The notes beneath the pieces were generated by a model that ran no database searches, had not been told where the DNA came from, and was given only the letters and a program-made list of their open reading frames with translations. Shown here piece by piece: positions 1 to 7,557 of a stretch of 48,723 nt of DNA; within the stretch, counting starts at the first letter, position 1; each line of letters begins with the position of its first letter. Source of the stretch: a virus; IMG/VR virus record IMGVR_UViG_3300021255_000132, positions 1 through 48,723 of that record; one strand, given 5' to 3'. The translations under genes and the position numbers were made by a program.

Positions 1-107
1 TATCATCATTTTATTTATTCTCCTAACCTTCTTTCTTTCACGCCTTAGAAACGTCTCATATTTCTTCCCCAGCAAGCCAATAGCTTTTACTTGCATTCCC
101 CACCTGT
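1..107. repeat. Terminal overlap copy 1 (identical to 48617-48723)
   Basis: Read directly: tatcatcattttatttattctcc...ttgcattccccacctgt occurs at both ends of the window. Confidence 0.95.
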
Positions 108-248
108 TATTCATACTTTCCTCCATTATCCAGAAGCAGCGCCATAGCAAAAGCCTTTCTTCGTCTATGGCGCCCATCACCAGCATAGCCCCGCAATTTA
201 TCAAATATACGGCGTTCAATCCGGATGGCGGCTTTATTGTGATACCTT

Positions 249-590
249 TTAATCATTACTGTCTCCCCCTGCCATTGATTCAACTATATCCATAGCCCTG
301 TCTAGGCCACAATCACGGCCAGCATACCATTCATCATCAATATCTCCATCCACTTCCTCTGACAGCTTACCCATCAATTCATCGACCAATTCTTTCCTGC
401 CGGCGTTATAGCCTTGGCCATAATAGAAGCTATCCCTTTCCGTGCGTGCCCCGTAACCGGCAGCGGTTTCCTTGTAGCGTTTCAGCTCTTTCAGGTGCTC
501 GATGATTCTCCTGGCTTTTCTGCTTCGTGGCTTTTTCTCTGCAGCCACATTTTCAAGGTACGCTATACACTCATCAATGCTCATGCTCAT
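249..590 (-). CDS. Hypothetical early protein (113 aa)
   Basis: ATG start. Its start overlaps the stop of the upstream small ORF (587-730). No motif recognised. Confidence 0.5.
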   Translation of the reverse strand: MSMSIDECIAYLENVAAEKKPRSRKARRIIEHLKELKRYKETAAGYGARTERDSFYYGQGYNAGRKELVDELMGKLSEEVDGDIDDEWYAGRDCGLDRAMDIVESMAGGDSND

Positions 591-730
591 TCTTTTCCCG
601 CTCCTTCTGACATATCACAATATATCAGCACCAGCAAGGCCGCTGTAATTCCTCGCCAAAACGGTTCATTATGGCCTGCGCATATTCCTGCCACTGCAGC
701 TATTGCCAGCGCTATTATTGACCTTTTCAT
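587..730 (-). CDS. Small hydrophobic protein (47 aa, MKRSIIALAIAAVAGICAG...)
   Basis: Hand-translated ORF below the length cut-off of the supplied track. It has ATGA overlaps with both neighbouring genes and a hydrophobic N-terminus. Confidence 0.45.
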   Translation of the reverse strand: MKRSIIALAIAAVAGICAGHNEPFWRGITAALLVLIYCDMSEGAGKE

Positions 731-942
731 TCATCATCAACTTCTTTCCGTCCTGTTATTAAATCAGCCAACACACTATCCATAATTATCAGGCTGTTAC
801 CAGTCTTGCCTGATTGCCACCATACTACACCACACGATTCAAATGAGTAGATGCTGTTATTCGCATCATCTTTGATTTTGAAATACTCGCCCAGTTTTTT
901 GCCAAACCTCTGGGCGATTTCTCCCATTTTATTTTCTTTCAT
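727..942 (-). CDS. Paralog A of a small tandem family (71 aa)
   Basis: ATG at 942. N-terminal KMGEIAQRFGKKLGEYFKIK and a C-terminal ...GRKEVDDE tail are shared with the ORFs at 929-1138 and 1482-1814. Confidence 0.55.
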   Translation of the reverse strand: MKENKMGEIAQRFGKKLGEYFKIKDDANNSIYSFESCGVVWWQSGKTGNSLIIMDSVLADLITGRKEVDDE

Positions 943-1138
943 CAACAATCACCGCCCTGCCAATTAACAAATAATGCAGTAGAAAAGCGTCAAAATCGTC
1001 ATATGCACCGTACACGATAAAACCGCAATCTGCGAACGTACAATCAAATAAACAATTGTCATGCCTGACTGTGAAACGCTCGCCTATCTTCTTCCCGAAC
1101 ATTTTGGCAACTTCTGCCATTTTATTATCTGCCATCAT
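929..1138 (-). CDS. Paralog B of a small tandem family (69 aa)
   Basis: ATG at 1138 preceded by GGAGG. KMAEVAKMFGKKIGERFTVR and the ...GRAVIVDE tail mark it as a family member. Confidence 0.55.
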   Translation of the reverse strand: MMADNKMAEVAKMFGKKIGERFTVRHDNCLFDCTFADCGFIVYGAYDDFDAFLLHYLLIGRAVIVDERK

Positions 1139-1313
1139 TCGGCCTCCAATAATTACAACCAAACGATAACGGGGATAATTCTGCGCGTTTTCTTGGCCCC
1201 CAGCCAATTAAAATGCCACGAAGTCTGCATCCGCCTGCTATCTTTTTATCAAGTTTTTGCCCTTTGACTTCTAACCTGCGAAATTGTCTGCAATAATAAC
1301 AGCATTTATTCAT
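1125..1313 (-). CDS. Small Cys-rich protein (62 aa, MNKCCYYCRQF...)
   Basis: ATG with AGGAG about 10 nt upstream. It fits the gene tiling with a 14-nt overlap on the next gene. Confidence 0.4.
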   Translation of the reverse strand: MNKCCYYCRQFRRLEVKGQKLDKKIAGGCRLRGILIGWGPRKRAELSPLSFGCNYWRPNDGR

Positions 1314-1351
1314 TACTCTTCCGCTCCTTATGCTCCATGATAATCACCGCC

Positions 1352-1492
1352 TCATTCGCAAAATGTATACAGCCAATTAGCTAACAAAATCACCCCAAGA
1401 AAAGCAGCTCCTATCAAAATTGAGATGATTACTCCGAGGCTTAATCCTGCAAAATATTCCTCGTCGATTTCATCGAACTCATTAATCTTCAT
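1352..1492 (-). CDS. Small single-TM protein (46 aa)
   Basis: Hand-translated as MKINEFDEIDEEYFAGLSLGVIISILIGAAFLGVILLANWLYTFCE. It overlaps the 3' end of the upstream gene. Confidence 0.35.
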   Translation of the reverse strand: MKINEFDEIDEEYFAGLSLGVIISILIGAAFLGVILLANWLYTFCE

Positions 1493-1814
1493 CGACAATC
1501 GTCGCCTCACCCCTTATCAGCTGGGCAATTAACATATCTGTTATAAACCAATCGTGATTCCATTTATCGGTTTCTTGATACCATAGCCCCTTTTTAGAAA
1601 AGCGACACTGTATTATCTTTCCTGTTGGGCATTTTATCTTAAATTCTTCGCCCAAATTCTTGCCGTACAGATGCGCTACTGCTTCCATTTTATTCGGCTT
1701 ATCTTTATAGTGTTGCCGGATGATTCCAAAAGCACCGGCCAATACTTGCTTTTTCCGTTCTTCCACAAGGTCTCCGTTTTCGCCAAGCAATTTTTCAAAG
1801 TTATTATCTGCCAT
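1482..1814 (-). CDS. Paralog C of a small tandem family with an N-terminal extension (110 aa)
   Basis: KMEAVAHLYGKNLGEEFKIK and the ...RGEATIVDED tail match paralogs A and B. Confidence 0.55.
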   Translation of the reverse strand: MADNNFEKLLGENGDLVEERKKQVLAGAFGIIRQHYKDKPNKMEAVAHLYGKNLGEEFKIKCPTGKIIQCRFSKKGLWYQETDKWNHDWFITDMLIAQLIRGEATIVDED

Positions 1815-1832
1815 CGTTAGCCCTCCAGTTCT

Positions 1833-2114
1833 TCAATATATTTCAAAAGAAAATGCTCTAATAGTGTCTTTCTTGACCTGCTGCCTAATACGTTCCTTTT
1901 GCTGTTGGCGCAAAACGCCATCTAAGCGTTTCATTTTATCACGGTGATCCAATAGCCTGAAGTATTCTCTTAACATATCCGCAATAAATTTGAGCTCGCT
2001 TTTATTAAACTGGACACCTTCCTCTAATTCTGACTCAGTCCGGCTATCAATCCATTTAACAAAATGTTGCAGCTTTTCTTTTTTCCTAACAATTTCTTTT
2101 TCTTGCCTATTCAT
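1833..2114 (-). CDS. Hypothetical charged / coiled-coil protein (93 aa)
   Basis: The ATG at 2114 is preceded by GGAGG. The longer start at 2129 has a weaker RBS. Confidence 0.5.
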   Translation of the reverse strand: MNRQEKEIVRKKEKLQHFVKWIDSRTESELEEGVQFNKSELKFIADMLREYFRLLDHRDKMKRLDGVLRQQQKERIRQQVKKDTIRAFSFEIY

Positions 2115-2179
2115 TTCCCATGCCTCCATTTCTTCTCATCCAGCCAGTACCAAAAACAAGAATAGTCGTCTATCAATGC

Positions 2180-2392
2180 TCATGCCCTTTCTTTTCGCTC
2201 CTTATGGTCCATCTTCAGCCAGTTCAGCCGCCCGCGCAGGCAATCATAGCCATTACCTGGGATATCACAGCATTTACCATTGAAGTGGCTACATGCTGCG
2301 CATGATTCTATGTGGCTATCCAACCAGCAGGCCAGTTCTTCATCGCTCATGCCTTCCAGCCATCGACGATTATTATTCTGGATACCGCCCAC
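2180..2392 (-). CDS. Small Cys-rich protein (70 aa)
   Basis: GTG start 7 nt after AGGAGG. The sequence contains CAACSHFNGKCC. Confidence 0.5.
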   Translation of the reverse strand: MGGIQNNNRRWLEGMSDEELACWLDSHIESCAACSHFNGKCCDIPGNGYDCLRGRLNWLKMDHKERKERA

Positions 2393-2394
2393 CT

Positions 2395-2640
2395 CTAGTC
2401 CTCCTTTTTCCGGTGTAAAGTCTTATATATGCCGTCAGAATGTCTTTCTTTTATTTCACAATGCTCGCCTACATATTTGAAACCAGTGCACCCCCATTCA
2501 GATTCCTTGTCTGTTAATTGGCTAATATGTTTCCCGGTACAGTCAAGGCACGGGTTACATGAAACGTCTGGGGTTTCTTCGCGGCATTTATAACAGCCAC
2601 AGATTGTCCTGCACTCCTCAAATTCCCCCAAAGCACTCAT
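2395..2640 (-). CDS. Small Cys-rich putative zinc-binding protein (81 aa)
   Basis: ATG start. The protein has 10 Cys, including CGCYKC and CNPCLDC. Confidence 0.5.
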   Translation of the reverse strand: MSALGEFEECRTICGCYKCREETPDVSCNPCLDCTGKHISQLTDKESEWGCTGFKYVGEHCEIKERHSDGIYKTLHRKKED

Positions 2641-2643
2641 AGC

Positions 2644-2949
2644 CTATTCCCCCTTGCAATACTTGCAGAACGGCTGCCCATCTTCTCTATATCCACCGAG
2701 ATTATCTGCATCCACACGGCCGCTACACTTACAGCAGAACATCCACCAGCCATTATTAATAAAGGCTTTAGGCGGGATTTTATCGAAATCACCATACTTA
2801 TCCGCCCATGGCACGCGCCTTATCCGAATGTCGGTATATTCCATATCGGTGAGACGTGCCCCTTCTGCCTTGGCTTTATTGGCGTTCTCTGCATAGACAA
2901 TCATTTCTACGCCTTCATCCTCGTCGTACATAAAAGCATACGCTTTCAT
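2644..2949 (-). CDS. Hypothetical protein with a C-terminal CxxC...CxxC motif (101 aa)
   Basis: ATG at 2949 preceded by GGAGGTG. C-terminal CCKCSG...CKYC. Confidence 0.55.
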   Translation of the reverse strand: MKAYAFMYDEDEGVEMIVYAENANKAKAEGARLTDMEYTDIRIRRVPWADKYGDFDKIPPKAFINNGWWMFCCKCSGRVDADNLGGYREDGQPFCKYCKGE

Positions 2950-2954
2950 CTGCA

Positions 2955-3653
2955 TCACCTCCAGCTGCATCTCCTTTTATCCTTAAAACACCATCTATCC
3001 ATGATGTATACCGGGCTGTACCATCTCTGCCATTCGTCCAGACTTAGCGCATCGCCATGAACCACTACTGCTGGGAGTCCATACAAGGCAAAGTGCAGGT
3101 AACTCATACAAACGCAACGATGGTCAATATCTCCAGCATAGATAAGCAGATGTTTTGAAGGGTTCAGCCCAGCCGCCCTCATGGCTTCTGCAAATGCCAG
3201 TATCATCACACCGCCGCCCACTGCAGGTTCGTTTATGGTAATATATCCCTCTTTAGCTATAATCTCCCGTGCTTTGCCTGCGTCAAAAACCATCCTGGCA
3301 GATAGCTCTGCCACGCTCCTGGGCGTGAAGAACTGCCCCACGTTCTTGTTGTAGATTTCCAGCTGCATAAACACTTCGGCGATTATGTCAACGTAACGGC
3401 CCTGCTTGACATATTCATCCATGGCCACAATCATCATACCCAGCATTTCCCCAAACCTTTTCAATTCAGCGGGGTTATATTTGCGCCGTATGGCTTTTAG
3501 CTGTTCTTCGGTCTTATCTTTGTTCAATGTGAACACCTGCACGATTGACATTGCTGCCATCTCCGCAAAGTCCGAAAACACTTCATAGGCATTCCGCCCA
3601 GAGAATGACCTCACTGCCTTTACCAACTCTGCTATTTCCGCGCCCTCTCGCAT
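2955..3653 (-). CDS. N6-adenine DNA methyltransferase-like protein, truncated with no recognisable catalytic motif IV (232 aa)
   Basis: GQFFTPRSV resembles motif X and NEPAVGGG resembles the AdoMet-binding motif I. GDID and HGDALS follow, but the ORF ends 27 aa later without NPPY/F or a target-recognition domain. ATG at 3653 follows an AGGTG RBS. Confidence 0.5.
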   Translation of the reverse strand: MREGAEIAELVKAVRSFSGRNAYEVFSDFAEMAAMSIVQVFTLNKDKTEEQLKAIRRKYNPAELKRFGEMLGMMIVAMDEYVKQGRYVDIIAEVFMQLEIYNKNVGQFFTPRSVAELSARMVFDAGKAREIIAKEGYITINEPAVGGGVMILAFAEAMRAAGLNPSKHLLIYAGDIDHRCVCMSYLHFALYGLPAVVVHGDALSLDEWQRWYSPVYIMDRWCFKDKRRCSWR

Positions 3654-3764
3654 AATGTCACCTGATTTCCCCGACTTTATTCCTCGCCATATCAATACTA
3701 GCTTCTGTATAATAAATAGCCCAACAGCACGCCAATCAGAACAAAAATACAACCTTCCATCGGT

Positions 3765-3953
3765 TTATCTCCTTTCATCATTTTTCCTGTACAGACAATG
3801 CCAAAACCTCGGCTCAAAATATTTGCATTCCGGACAATGCGCCATGTGAACCGCGCCGCCCGTCCAGGGACAGACAACAGCGGTAAATACTAACTGACCA
3901 CAAAAATCGCAACGCTCAATTTCCGGCGTTGTTTTCTTAATCTCCTTCTCCAT
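3765..3953 (-). CDS. Small zinc-ribbon-like protein (62 aa)
   Basis: CDFCGQ...C...HCPEC pattern. Confidence 0.5.
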   Translation of the reverse strand: MEKEIKKTTPEIERCDFCGQLVFTAVVCPWTGGAVHMAHCPECKYFEPRFWHCLYRKNDERR

Positions 3954-4227
3954 ATTCGTTCCTGCTTGTACAGTATGCCATCATCATCCGCATGCTGGCA
4001 TTAATCAGGTGCGGCTCACTTCTATCACCCTTGCGATAAAGATTGATATGCCGCATTGCTCTGGCCAGATGTTCGTCTGTGGGAATTGTCCGCCATGTCT
4101 CCCCTGGATGCTTTACTGCGCCAGCCGTCAGCCCCACAGCGATTTCATCCAGCCACATTGCAGAAATATAACGGTATTCATTGTTTTCGCTGTCCTGCGG
4201 AAATTCTTGGTTTTTCTTCTCGTCCAT
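3937..4227 (-). CDS. DUF5664-like (dATP/dGTP pyrophosphohydrolase N-terminal-like) protein (96 aa)
   Basis: The pattern LDEIAVGLTAGAVKHPGETWR...ARAMRHINLY...PHLINASMRMMMAY resembles the Ga.KYg..NW / RHl / Hla.a signature of that family, recalled from memory. Confidence 0.4.
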   Translation of the reverse strand: MDEKKNQEFPQDSENNEYRYISAMWLDEIAVGLTAGAVKHPGETWRTIPTDEHLARAMRHINLYRKGDRSEPHLINASMRMMMAYCTSRNEYGEGD

Positions 4228-4334
4228 TATTTATGTCTGCCTTTCTCTTTCCATATCCGATAAAAACATATAATCGTTGCCGGCAGGCAGAACAAAAAGC
4301 CTGCCAGTGCCGCCCACAAATTACTCTCCGTCAT
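4227..4334 (-). CDS. Possible 35-aa membrane peptide
   Basis: Hand-translated as MTESNLWAALAGFLFCLPATIICFYRIWKEKGRHK. TAATG overlap with the next gene. Confidence 0.3.
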   Translation of the reverse strand: MTESNLWAALAGFLFCLPATIICFYRIWKEKGRHK

Positions 4335-4335
4335 T

Positions 4336-4485
4336 TTACTTATTTCCATCATTAAGCGTTACTCGCATATACAAGAACAGCGCAATCGCATTCAACTTGT
4401 TTGCAATATCATCAGAAAACACACACATCATCATTAATACGGCATAAATTATATGCTCGTATAGTTTAAGCCATGCGTCAGACAT
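4336..4485 (-). CDS. Possible 49-aa protein
   Basis: ATG preceded by AGGAGG, with sequence MSDAWLKLYEHIIYAVLMMMCVF... Confidence 0.4.
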   Translation of the reverse strand: MSDAWLKLYEHIIYAVLMMMCVFSDDIANKLNAIALFLYMRVTLNDGNK

Positions 4486-4658
4486 TATTTACCTCCTGTC
4501 ATTGCCCTGTATGCGAGATAACTCAGATTTTCTATCGAGATAGCCCCTCTCAATATATTTCTGAACGTATCACGCCCCATACTGGTGCTTCTGTCGCATA
4601 ATTTCTTTGCATATGGCCGTGATACTATCCTTAATTTTGTCGCTAAGCTTTTTCTCAT
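4485..4658 (-). CDS. Possible 57-aa basic protein
   Basis: ATG preceded by AGGAGA, with sequence MRKSLATKLRIVSRPYAKKLCDRS... TAATG overlap with the downstream ORF. Confidence 0.4.
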   Translation of the reverse strand: MRKSLATKLRIVSRPYAKKLCDRSTSMGRDTFRNILRGAISIENLSYLAYRAMTGGK

Positions 4659-4716
4659 TTTCTCAATTCTCCTAACCTCGCAAAATCGTTCGAATCCCCC
4701 AAAAAACGATTTTCCA

Positions 4717-5022
4717 TCAATAACCGCCTCTATAATCTCTCATCCACTCTTTGATCTGGACATGAGCCTTGGCAAAAGCCAGTTCTATATCAGAATCCTG
4801 TACCCATACCATTTCGACATCTTCGCCTTTAGGGCCAATGCCTTTTCGATAAACACGGATGCAGTAGTCAGCAATCTTGTTGTATCCGATTTCCAGATGC
4901 ATATAGTATCCGTGGGATATCTGTTCATTAAAGAACTTTAAAAAGTCTTCCATTTTCTTCTCATAACCTCGCAATATTGTCTGAATACCTCTCAAACGAT
5001 TCTCGAACGATTCCGCCCGCAT
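4717..5022 (-). CDS. Hypothetical protein (101 aa; an alternative start at 4953 is possible)
   Basis: ORF from the supplied track. Its first codons overlap two of the 11-bp repeats, so the true start is uncertain. Confidence 0.45.
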   Translation of the reverse strand: MRAESFENRLRGIQTILRGYEKKMEDFLKFFNEQISHGYYMHLEIGYNKIADYCIRVYRKGIGPKGEDVEMVWVQDSDIELAFAKAHVQIKEWMRDYRGGY

Positions 5023-5078
5023 AAATACTGGCTTCGCGGCGTTTTTCGAACGATTCTCGAACGATTCTTGAACGATTG
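4992..5078. repeat. Five direct 11-bp repeats TCGAACGATTC in two clusters (4992-5013 and 5046-5078)
   Basis: Read directly: tcaaacgattc, tcgaacgattc, a 32-bp gap, then tcgaacgattc, tcgaacgattc, ttgaacgattg. An inverted 10/11 copy (aatcgttcga) lies at 4685-4694. Confidence 0.85.
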
Positions 5079-5096
5079 ACCTCTCAAAAACACCGA

Positions 5097-5372
5097 TTAC
5101 TTCACAATCCCTGCCTTGGCCATTTCGTCTGCACTACTAAATCCATGACTATGAGCATGCTCCTGTGTTATCATTTCGCACCACTCACCACAGATGGAGC
5201 AAATGCCCGGCGTCCATCTTGTATGATTCTTGGTTTTCCTTGTGATGGACGCCAAAGCTTCAGGCTCTTTAGGTCTGCTCTCTATCTGGTTACAGCTCAC
5301 TTCATGGCATTGACGAATGCCCTTGGCCATCGTATCGGGAATATGCATGAACCTTGGCTGTTTATAGCCCAT
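5097..5372 (-). CDS. Hypothetical protein with a C-terminal C..C...H...H element (91 aa)
   Basis: The ATG at 5372 sits just after the stop of the upstream small ORF. CSICGEWCEMITQEHAHSHG is zinc-finger-like, with a weak resemblance to Ros/MucR. Confidence 0.45.
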   Translation of the reverse strand: MGYKQPRFMHIPDTMAKGIRQCHEVSCNQIESRPKEPEALASITRKTKNHTRWTPGICSICGEWCEMITQEHAHSHGFSSADEMAKAGIVK

Positions 5373-5373
5373 A

Positions 5374-5517
5374 TCACGCCCAACCTTTCTGCTCTCCGAT
5401 AACATCCAGCAGTCCCATGATGGCATCATCATCCTTCATGTCAGCCCGCAGTTTCTGCCATTCTTCTTCAGTCATTCGCTCAATTGCTTCCCGCAGGTCT
5501 TTTTCCGTCTGTCCCAT
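5374..5517 (-). CDS. Small acidic protein (47 aa)
   Basis: Hand-translated as MGQTEKDLREAIERMTEEEWQKLRADMKDDDAIMGLLDVIGEQKGWA. GGAGGG RBS. Confidence 0.45.
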   Translation of the reverse strand: MGQTEKDLREAIERMTEEEWQKLRADMKDDDAIMGLLDVIGEQKGWA

Positions 5518-5531
5518 GGTTATGCCCTCCA

Positions 5532-5936
5532 TCAGAATGGTATTTCTTCATCATCAACTGGCTGGCCGAATCCGCCCGCCGCCGTGCCAGTCGCTTTTTG
5601 TGCCGGTGCTGGCGCGTCTGATTTCCTCCCGCAGAATTCGAGATAGGTCACTACGACTTCTGTCACATAACGTTTACTGCCGTCCTGCGCATCGTAGCTC
5701 CTTGTCTGCAGGTGTCCTTTAACTAGCAACTCCCTACCCTTGCCTGCATTGTTGCCGATTGTCTCTGCCAGCTTTTCCCAGGCTACGCAATTATGGAAAT
5801 CTGCCGTAGGCCCTTGGCTATTTTGTGCCACGCGCTTATCCGTAGCAATTGTGAACACCGCTACTGCTTTGCCCGACTGTGTATATCTGATTTCCGGGTC
5901 TTTTGTCAGCCTGCCCTTCAAAATTACTAAATTCAT
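5532..5936 (-). CDS. ssb: Single-stranded DNA-binding protein
   Basis: The OB-fold N-terminus MNLVILKGRLTKDPEIRYTQSGKAVAVFTIA and the acidic C-terminal tip DDEEIPF are both canonical for SSB. Confidence 0.9.
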   Translation of the reverse strand: MNLVILKGRLTKDPEIRYTQSGKAVAVFTIATDKRVAQNSQGPTADFHNCVAWEKLAETIGNNAGKGRELLVKGHLQTRSYDAQDGSKRYVTEVVVTYLEFCGRKSDAPAPAQKATGTAAGGFGQPVDDEEIPF

Positions 5937-5946
5937 TGATATCCTC

Positions 5947-6195
5947 CTATGCTTTTGCGAACTTCTCGATGCAGTGGATTGCGCATCTGATACTTACGTT
6001 CATGTTTTCCATCATCATCTGCTGCAGATACATCAGCCCGCCCTTCACTTTTCGCCAGAACGTGACTGTACAGGTTCCGCCATCCCGCTTTTGGCTCATA
6101 TCCATGTAATAGATACTGTCACCGTGCCGGAAAGCAACACGCAGTGAACGCCGCCCGCTCTTGTTCTGGGCGTTGAATACTTTTAACAGCTCCAT
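5947..6195 (-). CDS. Hypothetical protein (82 aa)
   Basis: ATG start with a TGATG overlap on the upstream gene. Confidence 0.5.
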   Translation of the reverse strand: MELLKVFNAQNKSGRRSLRVAFRHGDSIYYMDMSQKRDGGTCTVTFWRKVKGGLMYLQQMMMENMNVSIRCAIHCIEKFAKA

Positions 6196-6395
6196 CAGTA
6201 GCGGCTCCTTTCTGTTATGGCACGCCGTTCCGGTGTGTTCTTCCAGTTTTCTACACGGATGCGGTCTTCATCCTGCTCCTCCATTCTTGAACACCGCCCT
6301 GATACGCTGCACAAGCTCATCATCAATAGAGTGATTAACAGGCTCCCTGCGCCGATGCAGAACCATACAAATGCTTTCAGGTCAAATTCAAACAT
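6195..6395 (-). CDS. Small membrane protein (66 aa)
   Basis: ATG at 6395 preceded by GGGAGG. One clear TM segment (FVWFCIGAGSLLITLLMMSL). Confidence 0.5.
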   Translation of the reverse strand: MFEFDLKAFVWFCIGAGSLLITLLMMSLCSVSGRCSRMEEQDEDRIRVENWKNTPERRAITERSRY

Positions 6396-6409
6396 TTTGT
6401 TCCTCCCTT

Positions 6410-6718
6410 TCAGTGCTTGCCGCCCCGTTTGACGTATCTGCAATGGTGGCAGAAATCATCTTCTATACGCTCATTCGCTTTTACCGGGTGTGGTCTGCAG
6501 TCCCATACCCAGCTGAACTTCTCATAGCAGGCCGGGCAATCTGCCAAAATCACAAGGCGTTCAGCCTTAATCCTGTTCCTGCGTCTTTTTCCCAGTATTT
6601 CCCTCGTGTTTTTTGCGGAGAGAAACCGGTAGTAGGGAGAAATCTCTAAAAAATGCCGCTTGCAATTCCTGCCAATCCTGCGGTATGTCACGCCCGCCTG
6701 TTTCTTCGCCTTATTCAT
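6410..6718 (-). CDS. Basic Cys-containing protein (102 aa)
   Basis: CPACYEK...CHHC pattern and a very basic N-terminus. Confidence 0.45.
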   Translation of the reverse strand: MNKAKKQAGVTYRRIGRNCKRHFLEISPYYRFLSAKNTREILGKRRRNRIKAERLVILADCPACYEKFSWVWDCRPHPVKANERIEDDFCHHCRYVKRGGKH

Positions 6719-6866
6719 GCTTCAACTTCCTCCTTGCATGATGGTGCGCCTCCAAAAGCTCATGGGCTTTCTGCTTCTGCACCCGTCTCTCAAAGTAGCT
6801 GTATTCCTCGCCCCACTCCTGGGACGTTCTGGTGTGCTTATGGGTACTGCTATGATTTTCGGTCAT
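6711..6866 (-). CDS. Small His/Lys-rich protein (51 aa)
   Basis: Hand-translated as MTENHSSTHKHTRTSQEWGEEYSYFERRVQKQKAHELLEAHHHARRKLKHE. ATGA overlap with the upstream gene. Confidence 0.4.
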   Translation of the reverse strand: MTENHSSTHKHTRTSQEWGEEYSYFERRVQKQKAHELLEAHHHARRKLKHE

Positions 6867-7075
6867 TTGTGCTCCTTTACCTTAAAAACCTCGTAGAATT
6901 TATCAATGGTCAGGCTGATTGACAATCTGCAGTCCTGCGTGGCGATAAGCCGGTCTGCGTGAGCGCTGTCCTGCCGGAACTTCCATTCCTCGCCCGGTCT
7001 GAACTGGATTGCAATTCCTCCATAATCGCCTACTACATAGATTCCCTCGGTTTTCGGTTCACAAATTCCACTCAT
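6863..7075 (-). CDS. Hypothetical protein (70 aa)
   Basis: The internal ATG at 7075 gives an ATGA overlap with the stop of 7072-7557. The longer start in the track would overlap that gene by 142 nt. Confidence 0.45.
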   Translation of the reverse strand: MSGICEPKTEGIYVVGDYGGIAIQFRPGEEWKFRQDSAHADRLIATQDCRLSISLTIDKFYEVFKVKEHK

Positions 7076-7557
7076 TCTTTTTCTGCCTCCTTCGTAAATG
7101 TCAGCTTGGTCTGTGCCCTTTCTCCATCTATATATTTCCAGCACTCCTGCATGAGTTTCTGCATAGCGCCCTTGACGGTGTTGTTGAAGTCTCCTTTGGT
7201 GTTTGAATACCATACCCGCCAGTTCGGTGTCTCATACCTGAAAGTATATCCCCACGGGATTTGTACGCTTGCTTTTATCTGCAGCTTGTAATAATCCGCA
7301 TCAACAGGATATTCTATTTTCAATCCGTAAAAGCAGCCGCCGTCCATAACGTCTTTTTCCGTCAAAGACAGGCTAATCATTTTCGCAGAAATCAGGGCGA
7401 TGTTATCTGCCGCTGTTAAAAGTTCTGGCCTTGGTGGTTCAATGCCTTTGTATGTGTAGCTTTCCGTAGCCCCGGCATCGTTCTTGTTGGCCCATTCAAA
7501 AATATATCTGTCTACGGCTCCGCTGCGATTAATGCGAAATCCTGTCAACTGTCTCAT
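7072..7557 (-). CDS. Hypothetical protein (161 aa)
   Basis: ATG start with an ATGA overlap on the upstream gene. Confidence 0.55.
   Translation of the reverse strand: MRQLTGFRINRSGAVDRYIFEWANKNDAGATESYTYKGIEPPRPELLTAADNIALISAKMISLSLTEKDVMDGGCFYGLKIEYPVDADYYKLQIKASVQIPWGYTFRYETPNWRVWYSNTKGDFNNTVKGAMQKLMQECWKYIDGERAQTKLTFTKEAEKE

Noticed and set aside
4992-5078. Possible CRISPR array, because of the short direct repeats.
   Set aside because: The units are only 11 bp and directly abutting, with no spacers. There are no cas genes and no leader. This is an iteron or operator-type repeat, not CRISPR.
6863-7213. The 116-aa version of this ORF, and similar maximal-length starts in the track: 2955-3752, 5097-5432, 6195-6443, 15233-16681, 37311-37643, 40713-41930, 43743-45695 and 45649-46224.
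   Set aside because: The longest-ORF starts overlap upstream genes extensively or use TTG/GTG without an RBS. Internal ATGs have GGAGG-type sites or ATGA/TGATG coupling with the upstream stop, so I shortened the coordinates.
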